The notes beneath the pieces were generated by a model, which worked only from the letters and a program-made list of their open reading frames with translations, was not told where the DNA came from and searched no databases. Positions 37,301 to 50,575 of a DNA stretch of 64,000 nucleotides are shown in pieces. The stretch is from Callorhinchus milii (taxonomy: Eukaryota): assembly GCF_018977255.1 (NCBI RefSeq), contig NW_024704743.1, positions 89,716,001-89,780,000 on the forward strand, given 5' to 3'. Position numbers and translations under genes: made by a program. Within the stretch, counting starts at the first letter, position 1; each line of letters starts with the position of its first letter.

Positions 37301-40300
37301 AGTCGCACCCAAAATGGTTTCCCTGTGTGCTTGTAATGTGTGTACTAAGGAACCAACCTAAACCAATGTAGCCAATATTACAACTGGAAGCTTTGCTCTC
37401 TGTCTCTTAATTTTAAGAGACAAAACATAAATGTTGAGCTTCAACATCTTTGTCTATTCCGATTTATTTAATTTTACAGACAAACTGCTAACGTGTTCCA
37501 CATTATATTATATTTGATATTTAGTGTCCACTTAACGTCCACTTGAACAGGATCTCAATTTAACATCTCATCTGAAGGGTGTCACCTCCAACAATGCAGC
37601 GTACCCCTAGCTCTGCACTGGAGTGTCAGTTAACTGTATGAGTTTAAAGTCCCAAATGAATATTAACATCAACAAATGAAGAAAGACTAGAAAAATAATA
37701 AAAATCCTTACATTTGATACAATAATAATAAATAATAATGAACTAAAGGTCTGTATGCAACCATTCATGGCCAGGCACACTTGTAACAACTCACTCTGCC
37801 CTGAAGTGCAACACAACCACAACAACTTGCATTGATATTCAACGCCTTGGGACGTGATGTGAAAGGCACTATACAAATGTAATTTGTTGTTGATATAGTG
37901 CCCCTCATGCAGGGTAGCATCCCAGAACGCAACACAACTAATTCAGCTACATTTTACAGTGTTTGGGATTATGCGAAAGAGCATTTTTACATGACCTGCG
38001 GCACAAACACAAATTTAGAACATGTACCATGCATCATAATCCCCTCTTCTCCATTAGCATCAACAAATTATGCATGTGTTGTATTCCTCAGGAGGGGATG
38101 GGATCAGTAACTATGCAACCAGCATATGAATGATAAACAAGATTAGTAGGTGCAGTAATCTTGGTGCTCTTCATTTGCAACTTGGGAGCACTATATGATT
38201 AGTGTTTTACACCACTTGGCTCATATATTATAGATAAATAATAAATATACTACTATATGTATACCTGTATAACAGAGTGAAGACTGACATCTCTTTATAT
38301 GTGTCTTTTAATGAAGAGGTATTTCTGGTTTCTGATATGCAACTGCAAGAGAAAATCTTTTAAAGAAATTCTCCAACAGCAAGGCCACAGGAGATCAATT
38401 AGTAAAGGGTACGTCGTTCTCATTTCATCCCCCTGATTTCCTCCCTGAAGGTTGGCCCTTGTGACCATCCAGAGCAGTTAACTGAGTGGATAAGCTACTA
38501 CCACGTCAATACCATGCTTAGACCATTAATGGAAGAAGCTCTCTGCTTCTTTTGGGATGGGTTCCACTAAACATAGCTGGATCAGAAATTCAGCAAAGTG
38601 GGGGAACTAACCCTGAGTCCCTTTACTTTGTAACTTTAGGGGTTGCTTCAGATCTAAACATCCCCAGAGATTTTTGCAGGGATTTTATTCCTCAAACACT
38701 TCTTTATTCAAAAAAAAAGGTGTTCTTGTTTGGAGTCAAAGCCTGAGGCATGAAGATCTTTGTGCACCCAATTGAGACTGGAAACTCCGAAAAATAGCAC
38801 CAGCTTAACTCATCTGTTATCCTGCAAAGTAACTTCAACTGCTGTCTCCAAGTTGATAAATAATCCACTTGTCCAAACAAAGCATTTCAAAAAGCTCCCA
38901 TTGAACAAACCATTGTTGCAAAGTTACAGGGATATTTACAGCTCAGGGCATTTGATAAATATCTACTGATATTCTGCTGTTTTATAACAGAATTGATGTG
39001 ATATCACATGAATCTGTGATGAAATATCCCATATGTCACCCCTCTATGTGATGGAGATCTATTGATTTGTACCCTTGGGGGCTGCTCGGGGGACTGGCTG
39101 TGGTCCTCTGGGCTCAGGGCTTTCTCCACCCAGCTTCCCTTAGGTGAGCGGTAGATAGATTTGGGGTGGGGTGAGCCCCCTGTAGCCCTAGCCACCCAAC
39201 ACCTTGCCTGTACTATCTGTTTACATCAGACCAGAGAGCACCATTTTGGTCTGATCACAGAGGGTATTTGCAGTTCAGCCTACCTGTATGCCTGAATTTA
39301 TGTAGATACAATGTTATAAGATTGCAGGTGTGCAGAGTATTTTGACACTGACTGATGGTGGTGTAAGTAGCCAACTAGCGTCCAGATGTTACTGCTATTT
39401 AGAATTGCATCAATCAGTTGAATCTCAATCTGTCTCAGCTGGGCACCATTTGCTGCGGAGTCCAGAGATTTGCATGATACTGCATCACTAGAGAAAATAA
39501 TTCAAAAGTGTACACATGCCAAGGTAAGGTGACAGTGCAGTCAAGAGCCTCTGAAGATATAATGAGAGTAAAGGCCAAACAATGCACGAATGTCATCCAA
39601 ACCTGAAATTATTCTACACCCTGTAATTCACTCACATCCTTTTATCTTCAAATGCAATACAAGGGGCTTTCTCATTTGCTGTTTTTAGACTCCTGTCTCC
39701 ATCACCATTATACAGATTACAGAGATGAATCATTTATGTGCAGGGGTGACTTATTGCTGGAATTGAAGCAAAGTCCGATTTACTTTCCTGTCCGATTTAT
39801 GCAAGTAATGCTTTAATCTCAATGGCTTTTAAATGTGAAAATTAAATGAAAAATTGGATGTGGCAAATCTCCAAAAATTGGACCCAGCAAATCTCCATCA
39901 GTCCTGGTCAATAGTGACATTGGCACAAGCCATTTAGCCCAGAGAAGGTTGAATGCATAACTCCATGTTCTAGGTAATGGTATCCAGCAGAAAAAAGCAA
40001 GAAAAAACGGAACAAAGATGGAATTTTAATTTGTGTTGACAATTTAAAGAATGTTGAGTTGTGTCATTGTAATGTGAGTGGGTACCGAACCCTTTTAAAT
40101 GCTGTGTATTAATATTGATGCAGTTTCTGATCACAGTTCAGGCTGGCACACCAGTACAGTACCTCATAGAAGATTTTAAACCAAAACTCTGTCTGCCTAT
40201 TCGGAAGGGTGTTAAAAATCCCATGACACTATTTAAAAAGAGAAGGGAGTTTACCCTTTTGCCCTGGCCTACAATTTTACTGATAAATTGGACATTTACT

Positions 40301-40569
40301 CATGCCTGTTTGTGGTACCTTGCTGGTGCAAATGGCTGCTGCTGCATTTGGCAAGAAAGGTCACATAATTTGACACAATTATAATAATACTCCTTGAATT
40401 TGATATAACGCATAACGAATTTGATATCACGTCATTGAGATATCTCAAAGCATTTCAAAGAATATACTGTAATGTGAATTGTCACTATATTTTGTTGGCG
40501 AAATTATCTGGGCAGCATTTTGAAACATTTTGATGTGATCATGCGTTATATCAAAACAATTGTTATTAT

Positions 40570-41400
40570 TCTACAGTTGAACGTCAACAAGACTGAGGCT
40601 CTCCTGATTGGCTTCCATCAGCGCCTACACACCTCAGGCACTGGCAGCGTCACTATCCAGGGCTGCACACTTCACCTCACTGAGCCAGTCCGGAACATTG
40701 GCATCTTGTTTGACTCTCAACTATCCTTTCTACCCCACATTCGTGCTATGACTCGCTCTGCCTTCCCCCACCTCCGCAACATCGCCCAGCTCCGCCACTG
40801 CCTCACCCCTCAGGCTTACAAAACGCTAATTCACACATTTATCTCATCTAGGCTCATCTACGCCTATGCCCTGCTTGTCGGCCTTCCCAACTCTTCCCTC
40901 CACAAGCTGCAGATCATCCAGAACTCTGCAGCTCATGTCATCTCCCGTACCGGGCTCCGTGACCCTATCACACCCACCCTTGCCCAGCTCCACTGGCTCC
41001 CCATCCTCCAGAGGATCGAGTTCAAAATCTTCCTCCTCATCTTCAAGACCCTCCACGGTCTTGCCCTGTCCTGCCTCTGTGACCTGCTAACCCCTTTTCA
41101 ACCTGTCCACTCCCTCTGCTCAGCAGGCTCCAGCCTGCTCCATGTCCCCTGCCCAGTCCGCCCTACCTCCTCTCTGCCCCCACCGTTTGGAACTCTATCC
41201 CACATTCTCTTCGCCTTGCTCCCTCCTTTGCTTCCTTCAAGGCAAAACCCTCCTCTTCAACCCTGACTTCGGCCCCACTCCTACCCTGCCTGCACCCCAT
41301 CTTCCCTCATCCCAAACCCACTTCCACTCAAATCCCTGACTATCCAGCACCTTGGGACATCCTCCCAAACTGAAAGATTCTATACAAATGTAATTTTGTA
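40570..41400 (+). mobile_element. L2 LINE 3' fragment
   Basis: [17 protein letters not shown]...VRNIGILFDSQLSF...LHWLPILQRIEFK. Confidence 0.92.
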
Positions 41401-41649
41401 TTGTACTGTATTATTATTTGATGAATGCTGTAAAATATTTAAGAATCTGGTATATCAAAGTATATAACTAGGCTATATGTCTGTCATCAATGACAAGATG
41501 ATATATGGGGTCAAAATTGCGATGTATCTAAACACTGCATTTCTTAATTATCATCAGTGATACGAAACAGCACAGAAAATGGGGTAAAAATGTTTAAAGC
41601 ATGTTTTTAACTGCAGATTAGAGACTGAACAACTCCTGATTTCAGGACA

Positions 41650-41935
41650 ATACAAATTACATTTGTATAGCGCCTTTCATGTCGGGAGGATGTCCCAAGG
41701 CACTGGACAGTCAGGGATTTTGACCCAAGCTGGGAGTCGGGATCGGGGAGGGTAGGAGGGTGGCCGAAGGTTCAGTTGAAGAGGAGGATTTTGAGACGCG
41801 TTTTGAAGGAGGCTAGGGAGGGATCGGTGGCCAGATTCTGGGATGGAGTTCCATAGGATGGGGGCAGAATGGTGGAGCGGGCCAGGTGGGGGATGTTTAG
41901 CAGGCCAGAGCCTGCTGAGTGGAGGAAACGGACAG
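41650..41935 (-). mobile_element. L2 LINE 3' fragment
   Basis: SAPILWNSIP motif and stem-loop tail. Confidence 0.85.
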
Positions 41936-42760
41936 ATTGATATGGACAATACTTCATTGAATTACTGCCATCCTTACATATAATGTAGCAGGGAATCATT
42001 TGTGATTCCTAATCCCTAGAACTGATTTTTCGCCTCTCTACCCTTCCTAACCTCCCCCGCACTACCAAACCTGGCTTCAGCACGCTGGTTGCGCACGAGG
42101 AGTTTTCCATTTTGTTGCTGTCCGATCCTGAGATCAGCATCTCAATGCCACTAAAAACTGCACCTTGAGTTAACTCAAATGGCTTTCTGTGAAGTAGCAA
42201 TGAAATGCTGCCTCCAGAATATAAAACCTTTATCTGAAATGTTCTAGATTCTTTTTCCCCAAAGTGGGAAAAGGAAGATCTATTGTGTTGTGTTGAAATC
42301 AACGGGAGGAGGGCTGGGGGGAGGGCGGGCTCTAAGAGGGCCAGTCTTTAGGAATCGCTGGAATAAGCAGCATGTGGTAATTAGCACATTGAAACTGTTA
42401 TGAAATGCTATAAATTTCACCGCCTAACTTCTCTTATTTCAATCTGAGAAAATTAATTGGATGGAGCTGGATGAACTGAGCCAAAATACAGGCAGAGACA
42501 GAACATGAAGTTCAGTGGAACTGCCAGAATAATGACTTGTTTTCTGTACGTATTCCAATTGTCCCTTTTCTTTTTCAGTTTTGTTCAAAAAGGTCAGGGC
42601 GGAAAGGCAGGAGAGTGGGTACAAACTGAAAGCTCTTTCAGAGAGAGCCTACACAAGTACAATGGACTAAATTGTTGCTTCATGTGACTGTAAATTTCTG
42701 TGGTTCAGAGTGTACTGTTAGTTAGCCAAATGAAGAACAACAACAACACAATTACATTCT

Positions 42761-43062
42761 GCGGGGTCCTGTAGCTCAGTGGTTAGAGCACTCGCCTCGC
42801 AAGTTAGAGACCTGGGTTTGATTCCCAGCAGGGCAAAACCTTGGGCAAGTTTGCTTACCTCACACACTTGATAATAATCCCTCAAGAAAAAAAACAAAAA
42901 TAAATTGGTCACTTCAATCCACGGCTGATTCTGGGACACTGCTGTGTGCAATTGGCTGCCACAATTCGCCAACAAATATACAGTCAATTCACTTTACGGT
43001 ATATTCTGTGAAGTGCTTTGAGACGTGTAAAAGGCACGAAATGCAAAGATTATTATTATTAT
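42761..43062 (+). mobile_element. tRNA-Ala SINE, tail-to-tail with an L2
   Basis: GGGTCCTGTAGCTCAGTGGTTAGAGCACTCGC head; (TTA)n tail abuts the L2 tail. Confidence 0.85.
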
Positions 43063-45140
43063 TTATGATTTGTATAGCGCCTTTCACATCGGGAGGACAT
43101 TCCAAAGCGCAGGTCAATCAGTGTTTTGGACCCGAGCTGGGGGTTCGGGATCAGAGAGGGTGGAGGGCAGGGGGGCAAGAAAGATGACCAAAGGCACAGT
43201 TGAAGAGGAGGGTCTTGAGACGGGTCTTGAAGCAGGCAAGAGAGGGGGCCAGGCAGAGGGACTATAGGATGGAGTTCCAGAGGGTGGGGGCAGAATGGCA
43301 GAAGGCTTGCCCACCAATGATGGGGCGGGCGAGGCGCAAAACATGAAGCAGGCTCTGCTGAGACGATGGAGTGGGCAGTTTGGTAGGGGTTCGAAAGTTG
43401 CAGAGATAGGGGGGGCAAGGCCATGGAGGGCTTTGCAGGTGAGGACCAGGATTTTGACCTGTATCCTCTGTGTGATGGGAAGCCAGCGGAGTCGGGTGAG
43501 GATGGGGGTGATAGGGTTGCGGAGTCTGGTGTGGGAGAAGACAAGGCAGCAGAGTTCTGGATGATCTGCAGCTTATGGAGGGAGGAGTTGGGGAGGCCGA
43601 CAAGCAGGGAATTTGTGTATTTGAGCATAGATGTTATGAATGCGTGTATGAGGGTCTCGGTGGCCTGCGGTGTGAGACAATGGCAGAGCCGGGCGATGTT
43701 GCGGAGGTGGGGGAAGGCAGAACGGGTCATGGCACAGATATGGGGTAGAAAGGATAGTTTAGGGTCAAACAAGATGTCTAGCTTCTGGACTGGCTTAGTA
43801 AGGTGGAGTGTGCATCCTTGTATGGTAATGCTGTCAGTGGCTGAGGTGTAGAGATGCTGATGGGAGCCAACTAGGAGGGAACTCGTTCTTGTGGACGTTC
43901 AACTGTAGAAAGTTAGCTCTTATCCAGGACTTGATGTCTGACAGGGCAGCAGTGGTCCTAGAGTCAAGGGTGGAGACAGAGAGGTAGAGTTGGGTGTCAA
44001 CCCATATGTGTGGAAATTGACCGCATGTCTGTGGATGATGTCTCGAAGAGGGAGCATATATATATTGAAAAAGAGGGGACCAAGGACAAAGCCGTGAGGA
44101 ACCCCGCACAAGATGGTGTGGGGGCTAGAGGAGAAGCCATTTGTGGAGATGAAGTAGAGATGGTGTGAGAGATAGGATGTGAACCAGTCAAGGGCAGAAC
44201 CATGAATGTTGAGGTAAGAGGAGAACTGGTGGAGGAGGATAGAGTGGTCAACGGTATTGAAGGCAGAATAGAGGTCAAGGAGGCAGAGGGAACCCTGGTT
44301 GCAGATGGACAAGATGTAATTTGTCACTTTGACCAAAGTTGTTTCTGTGCTGTGGGTGGCACAGAAACCTGATTGGCCGGGTTCATGGAGTAGCAGAAGA
44401 GGAAGGAGCGAAGCTGGGAAGCAAGGATTCATTCAAGGACCTTGGAAAGGAAAGGGAGGTTGGAGATGGGGCCGTAGTTTGAGAGCAGGAATGGGTCGAG
44501 GGAGGTTTTTTAAGGATAAGAGTGATGACGGATATTTTTAAAGGGGTGGGAACAGTGCCAGTGGACAGGGAGAGGTTAATGATGTCTGTGAGTAGGGGGG
44601 CAAGGAGGTGGAGCTGGGAGGTAAGGAGGAGGGTAGGGATGGGGTTGAGGGAGCAGATGGTCGGTTTCATGTGGGTTACGGTGGTGATGAGAGAGGAGGG
44701 GAAGACAGATTCAAAGGTATAATGGGAGGGTTGGGGAGGGGTAGTTGTCGAAATGGCAGAGGCAGCAGAGTGGATCCTCTTGACTTTGGGTTTTGAGGAA
44801 GTCCAGCATCTGCTCGCAATTGGCGTTGGAGGAGAGGATGGGCGAGCCATGAGAGGGTAGGCGGAGGAGCCGGTTGGTGATGGAGATGAGGAGCCTGGGG
44901 TTGTCTTGGCCTCCAAGATTGTCTTGGAGTAGAAGAATGATTTACTGGAGGCGAGAGCAGAGTGGTAAGATTTGATAAGGTCCAGCCAGACTGTTAAGTT
45001 GGATTTGAGTTCAGTGGCACACACCTGAGCCTTAAGGGAGCGGAGGTGGCTGGTTTAGCAGGATGACTTCCGTGAATAGGAGTGAGGGGGCAAGGGCATC
45101 GAGAGTGATGGAGAGGGAGTTGTAGAGGAGAGTGACTGGA
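43063..45140 (-). mobile_element. L2 LINE, about 2.1 kb, frameshifted RT
   Basis: Successive ORFs: DPIPT-like/[43 protein letters not shown]-terminal ETLIHAFITS. Confidence 0.92.
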
Positions 45141-45672
45141 GGAGGAGTGAAATATTCCACTTGTTATTTTTTATATGAACTAATTCTTCCACAGCATTGT
45201 GCAATGAGAGAATAAAATTATAGTTTTATTTTTGAAAAAAAGCAGATGATCAAGTGAAATTAATTAAGGCGGCTTTAATAGAAATACAGCACTTGTGAAG
45301 GGAGATTTGACTTTTGGTCCCCATTAAATGGAACAAATTATGTGTTAAACTTTATTGAAGCTTCTGATGAGATAGACCCTCCTCTTCGACCGTGCCTTCA
45401 ATGACTCTCCTTCCCCCCACCGCCGAGCACGCTCCCCGATCCCAACCCCCAGCTTGGGTCTAAAACATGATCGTCCAGCGCCTTGGGACGTCCTCCCAAT
45501 GTGAAAGGCGCTATACAAATATAATTTTATTGTTGTTGATAAATTGTATCTTTTGTGATTTCTTACAATGTTACATGAAAGTATAAAGCATGGTGTATTT
45601 AAACAATTAAACAATTACTTACATAATACATACATTCGATGTACATACATCGAATGCCTATTCAATCCATTA

Positions 45673-46366
45673 TCTTCTTCTATCTTCTATACTAATAAAA
45701 CGACAATGTCTGTCTGCGCTTCAATAAGGATCTTGATAACCAATTGATGTAGAGACATGATTTATGCCTCATTGGAAAGGTTTTATATCTGGGAGCGACA
45801 TGGGTGTATTTACTTTCAGGTATCTCCTATCGTGCATGAGTTATGATGTAAAATTTATTTCAGTTTTGCGTTTTTCACCGCAGTTATACTTCGTGGCCAC
45901 CAAGTCAAAGTGGCGCTGTAGCATCCTGCTTCACAGAGCACACACATAGCCAAGCGGCAGTGGGAACCAAATAAAGAACGCAGACAAAGCTAAACCGCGG
46001 CAACAACAACAAAATCACATTTTTAAAATGCCTTTCACGTCGGGAGGATGTCACAGTGATTATAAATTATATATTTATATTTATCATTATAAAGATGCCT
46101 AAGCGTAAATCAAATCTTTCAAGGATAAGTAAAAATGCTAGACGAAAATGAAACGGAAGAACAAAGAACAGCGTGGCTGCATTTCAATGCTGAAAGGACT
46201 GCAACAGTGCAACAAAATGAGTTGCCCACTCAAAGAACAGCACGGCCAAAATGAGTCCTCCCACAGGAATCCTCCCAGATGACTATAGATAAAGATGAAA
46301 TGTCTGTCTGTATGTCTGTTTTGTGTCATTCTTTGGTTGCAAGGTAGCTGCAACAGGTACAGCTAG
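45673..46366 (+). mobile_element. Non-autonomous Helitron with RepHel N-terminal remnant
   Basis: A|TC 5' end (TCTTCT..TATACTAATAAAA); 3' hairpin GTTGCA..TGCAAC followed by AGGTACAG-CTAG|T; no TSD; internal MPKRKSNLSRISKNARR and ENETEEQRTAWL (46095-46260). Confidence 0.82.
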
Positions 46367-48375
46367 TAACTTCAATGGTGATTCAATATAAATGGAGACT
46401 TTTTTGGTCAATCTGGTGTTGAATACACATGGAAACCATTGCTTAAGACTATGCAATCTAAATCACTGAGAGTTTCAAATATGTATGGAAAGTTCAGCTC
46501 ATCTGAAATGGAATGTGCATTCTCACCCTGGAGGTATGCACTCTGCTCACCTAATCCCAGATAGTATTGTGTGCAGGTTTGCAAGAGCCATGACTTGGGA
46601 TATAACTTGCTAAGAAGGACTCTTGAATCTTCACTTACCATGACAAAACAGTATGAGACAGCAATAAACAAGGAAAACAGAATGCTGGGCTATATTGACA
46701 AATCAGTTCTGATCAAAAGTAATACTGTTCTGACTAGTATTCTGCTCAGTTCATGTCTGGAGTATTATGTAAAGTTCTAGTTGCTGTGAGAGAGGGGAAG
46801 GGTGTGTGGGATGGAGCAACTCCCCAGATACTAGAGGCAATACAGATGAGAGTAGTGAGGATGATCTCCAGGATTACAAAAATGAGCTATCAACAACAAT
46901 AAGACAGGCTCTTCAGTCTTGAAAATAAACATTTCAAATTTAACATTGTGTTTTATGTGTGATTTAATTAAAGTTTGGCTGTCATTTCTTTATCAACTCT
47001 AATTTGATATGGAACTAAAATTTGATTCTTCTTAATCATCTTTGTCAGAGGTCCTGTCCTTTGGATGAAACATTCAACCAAAGTCCTATCTGCCTGTTCA
47101 TATGAAGGTTAAAAATCTCATTCAAAAAGAAAAGGGAATTTCTCCTGGTGTTTTGGCTAACAATTTCCCAGATAAAATTGTCATTCACTTCATGGTTGTT
47201 TGTTAGACATTGCTGTGTGGAAATTTGCTGCCACATACGCCTACAAAATACAAACAATGCACCTAGCAGTAAATCCCATAGAGCACTTTGGGACATTTCA
47301 GTGACACAATAAAATGCTGTATCAAATGCAAAGATTATTATTATGAGAGCCCTTGCTTCCATTTCCTTAGGCAATTATGGTGACCGTCCCCAGGCACTGT
47401 TTATAGTTGAAATAACAACAAAAATTGCATTTATATAATGCCTTTCACATTAGGAGGACATCCCAAGTGCTAGACAAGTGTTGAGTTTCATCAATCTACT
47501 TTAAGTGTGTCATATTTCACGAGTATCAATGAAACAGGAGAAGGACAATATTCCCCAGCAAGCTCAATGGACCAAATTGACTTAGTCTTGTTGTTACAGA
47601 GTCACAGTCACTACAATTTACAAGAAATCCTGTAAAGTGCTTTGAGATGCCCCCCTAATGTGAAAAGAGCTACATAAAATGCAAATAATATTATTATTAA
47701 TAACCTGCAACAGTGGTTGAAATTACATTTTATTATTGGTAGTGTTTCATTATAGTGAGAAACTATTTTCATGGGTTGATGAGTCAGTAACAAAAGGGCA
47801 TAACTATAAGATCACCAAAAGAAACAAATGGGAGAAGTTAGAAGATTTTTTTACACAGGGGATTATTAAGATATGGAATGCCCTATCAAAAATGGTGGTT
47901 TAAGTAGAATCCACAATAGATTAAATAGGAATTAGATAAATATTTGAAAAAGAAAAGTTTAAAAGAGTTTGTGGGAAATGAGATGGAGTATGACCTTCTG
48001 CTGTAAAATTCTATGATTTGGCTCAATTTATCAATCTCACAATATTAAAGAGATTATGCAAACTAATGAAAGGAATAGCCACAGTAGGAATGGTTCTTCT
48101 CATTCCATCCTCTCTTTAATTTCGAGGTTTCGATTGCCTGAGTCAACTAAACATTTTGTGAGTTCAATGATAGGGTTTTATGATGTTTGAACTAAATTTC
48201 ATTTTCAACCAGTTAAACATTTTTAACAGTCAATCGGAAACTTGCTTTCTGAAAACTGATGATGTGATAGATATTAGGCAGACACATGTTTTTGTACAGT
48301 GGGCTATCAAGAGTATGAGGAACTATTAAAAAGGTAGCTTTGGTTGTATATTTTTACCCTATCATTTATGATGAA

Positions 48376-48920
48376 CTTGCTGTACCTGTTGCAGCTTCAC
48401 TTGCAACCAAAGAATCCAATATGGAATGTTGATTGACACACAGACAGACATTTCATCTTTATCTATACTCATCTGGGAGGACTCCTGTGGGAGGACGCGG
48501 CACTTTAAAAATATAATTTTGTTGTTGTTGCCATGGCTTAGCTTTGTCTGTGTTCTTTATTTTGTTCCCGTGTTGGATACATGTGTGCTCTGTGACGCAG
48601 GATGCCACAGCGCCACGATCAGCCAGCACGGCCACCAGGTGTAACTGGAATGCATGCATACATGCACACATGCTCCATCACGTGCGATGCCACAGTGCCA
48701 TTTTGACTTGGCGGCCACCAGGTGTAACTGCAGCGAAAAACGCAAAACTGAAAATAACGCATGAATGATAGGAGATACCTGAAAACAAATATACCTATGT
48801 CACTCCCAGATGCAAGACCTTTCTGATGAGGTATAAATCATGTCTCTACATTAATCGTTTATTGAGATCCTTCTTGAAGCGCAGACAGCCATTGTTGTTT
48901 TATTAGTATATATAAGAAGA
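48376..48920 (-). mobile_element. Second copy of the same Helitron family, inverted and internally deleted
   Basis: Minus strand A|TCTTCTTATATATACTAATAAAAC ... GTTGCAAGTGAAGCTGCAACAGGTACAG-CAAG|T; colinear with 45673-46366. Confidence 0.8.
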
Positions 48921-49639
48921 TTAAACTTGCCATATTCCCTATGAGAACTTTGGCTCGTTATGAAGTGTGATTATACACGAGGCTGCATGACTGGCTAAGT
49001 CCAAAACACAGCCTGCTTCCAACTCCCTCCTTTGATTATTAGCATCTACCTAATATCCATTTTTATTGCATTCTGATGGGTGTATCATATTCCCACCCAG
49101 AGCTGCTATGTTGTGCAAAACAAAACAAGCTGCAAAGAAATGAACACACCCTTAGGCCCTACTATAATTGCCCACCTACAAAATTCAAAGAGTTAAATCC
49201 TATTTTCAAAACTCCAGACTTTGCTTTCAACAGTTATCTGAGTGGTTGACTATGCCTCATTATATGGCTCTTATGTTCAGGACAGGGGATTTGGCACCAG
49301 ATTTCCCGAGCCAACATTTGAGAGCTCTGTCAAAGTTGTTAATAAAGGACTTGCAACTGACATCAAACATGATAAATTACTGGATCACACTTTCAAAGAA
49401 ACCAGCCACCTGACAAGAATAATAATGATTGCATACAATATAGCACTCTGCATGTCAAGCAGTTGTCTCCAAGCACTTCACATGAAAGGACTTTACTATA
49501 AATTGTAGTGAATGTATTTTAGAGGCAAATAAGGCAGCCATTGTATGCACAGAAATGCCCCATAAACAGCCATGAAGTGTATAGCCATTTTTATCAGGGG
49601 ACTTGATTCACCAAAACACCAGGAGAAACTTTGTTTCTT

Positions 49640-50575
49640 TTTCCTCACCTACATGCTCTCGCTCAGCGATGTCATCTGCAGACACCGGGCAACTTTCACA
49701 TGCATGCAGATGACACACAAATCTACATCTCCTCCTCCAGCTGCAACTCCAGGTCCATTGATGTTCAGTTAGCTTCTTTATCAGACATCAAGGCTTGGAA
49801 AAGCGCAAATTTTCTGCAGTTGAATATTGACAAGACAAAAGCCATACTCCTTGGCTCTGACAGCTGTAGGTGTCAGGTTCAATCTGAAGCTGTGTCCTAC
49901 TCCACATCTGCTCACTATCCCGGATCATGATTCTCTACCTCCGTCATATTACCAGCCTCCGACTGTACCTCACACCCAACACGGCCGAAACCCTAATCCA
50001 AGCTTTTCGCCCTCTCCCGCCTCGATTATTCCAATGCTCTCATTGCTGGTCTCCTCAACTCCACTCTCCGCAAAATCCAATTAATTCAAAAGTTTTAACT
50101 CAAAACAATTAATGCAGCCCATATACTTACACGCACCAAACTCAGTATCTCCATCTCCCCAGTACTCACCAGGCTCCCCAATACAAAACAGAAGGACTTC
50201 AAGTTCCTCAAACACTGTTTACAAATTGTCTGATGCCCTAGCAGTTCCTTACCTTTCCAACCTGCTTACTCCCCACTCCACTACCCACTGCCTCTGCTCA
50301 GCTGGCTGTGGATCTTGCAAATCACCTCATCTCCACCATCGGCGGCCGTGCTTTCAGCCGCTACAGCCCCCAAACCTTGGAACTCTCACCCTCAATCTCT
50401 CCACCTTGCCTTCTTCTTCCCCATCTTCAGATGACACCCAAAGACCTTCTTCTTCGACCGTACCTACGGTTACCTTCCCCCTCCCAAGGTTCGGCATCAA
50501 GCTCCACCACTATTAAGCACCCCGGGGTGCTACCCTGTGTGAAGAACACAATATAAATGCAAGTTATTGTTGTTG
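49640..50575 (+). mobile_element. Old degenerate L2 LINE
   Basis: NFHMHADDTQIY (decayed YADD), [18 protein letters not shown]. Confidence 0.85.
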
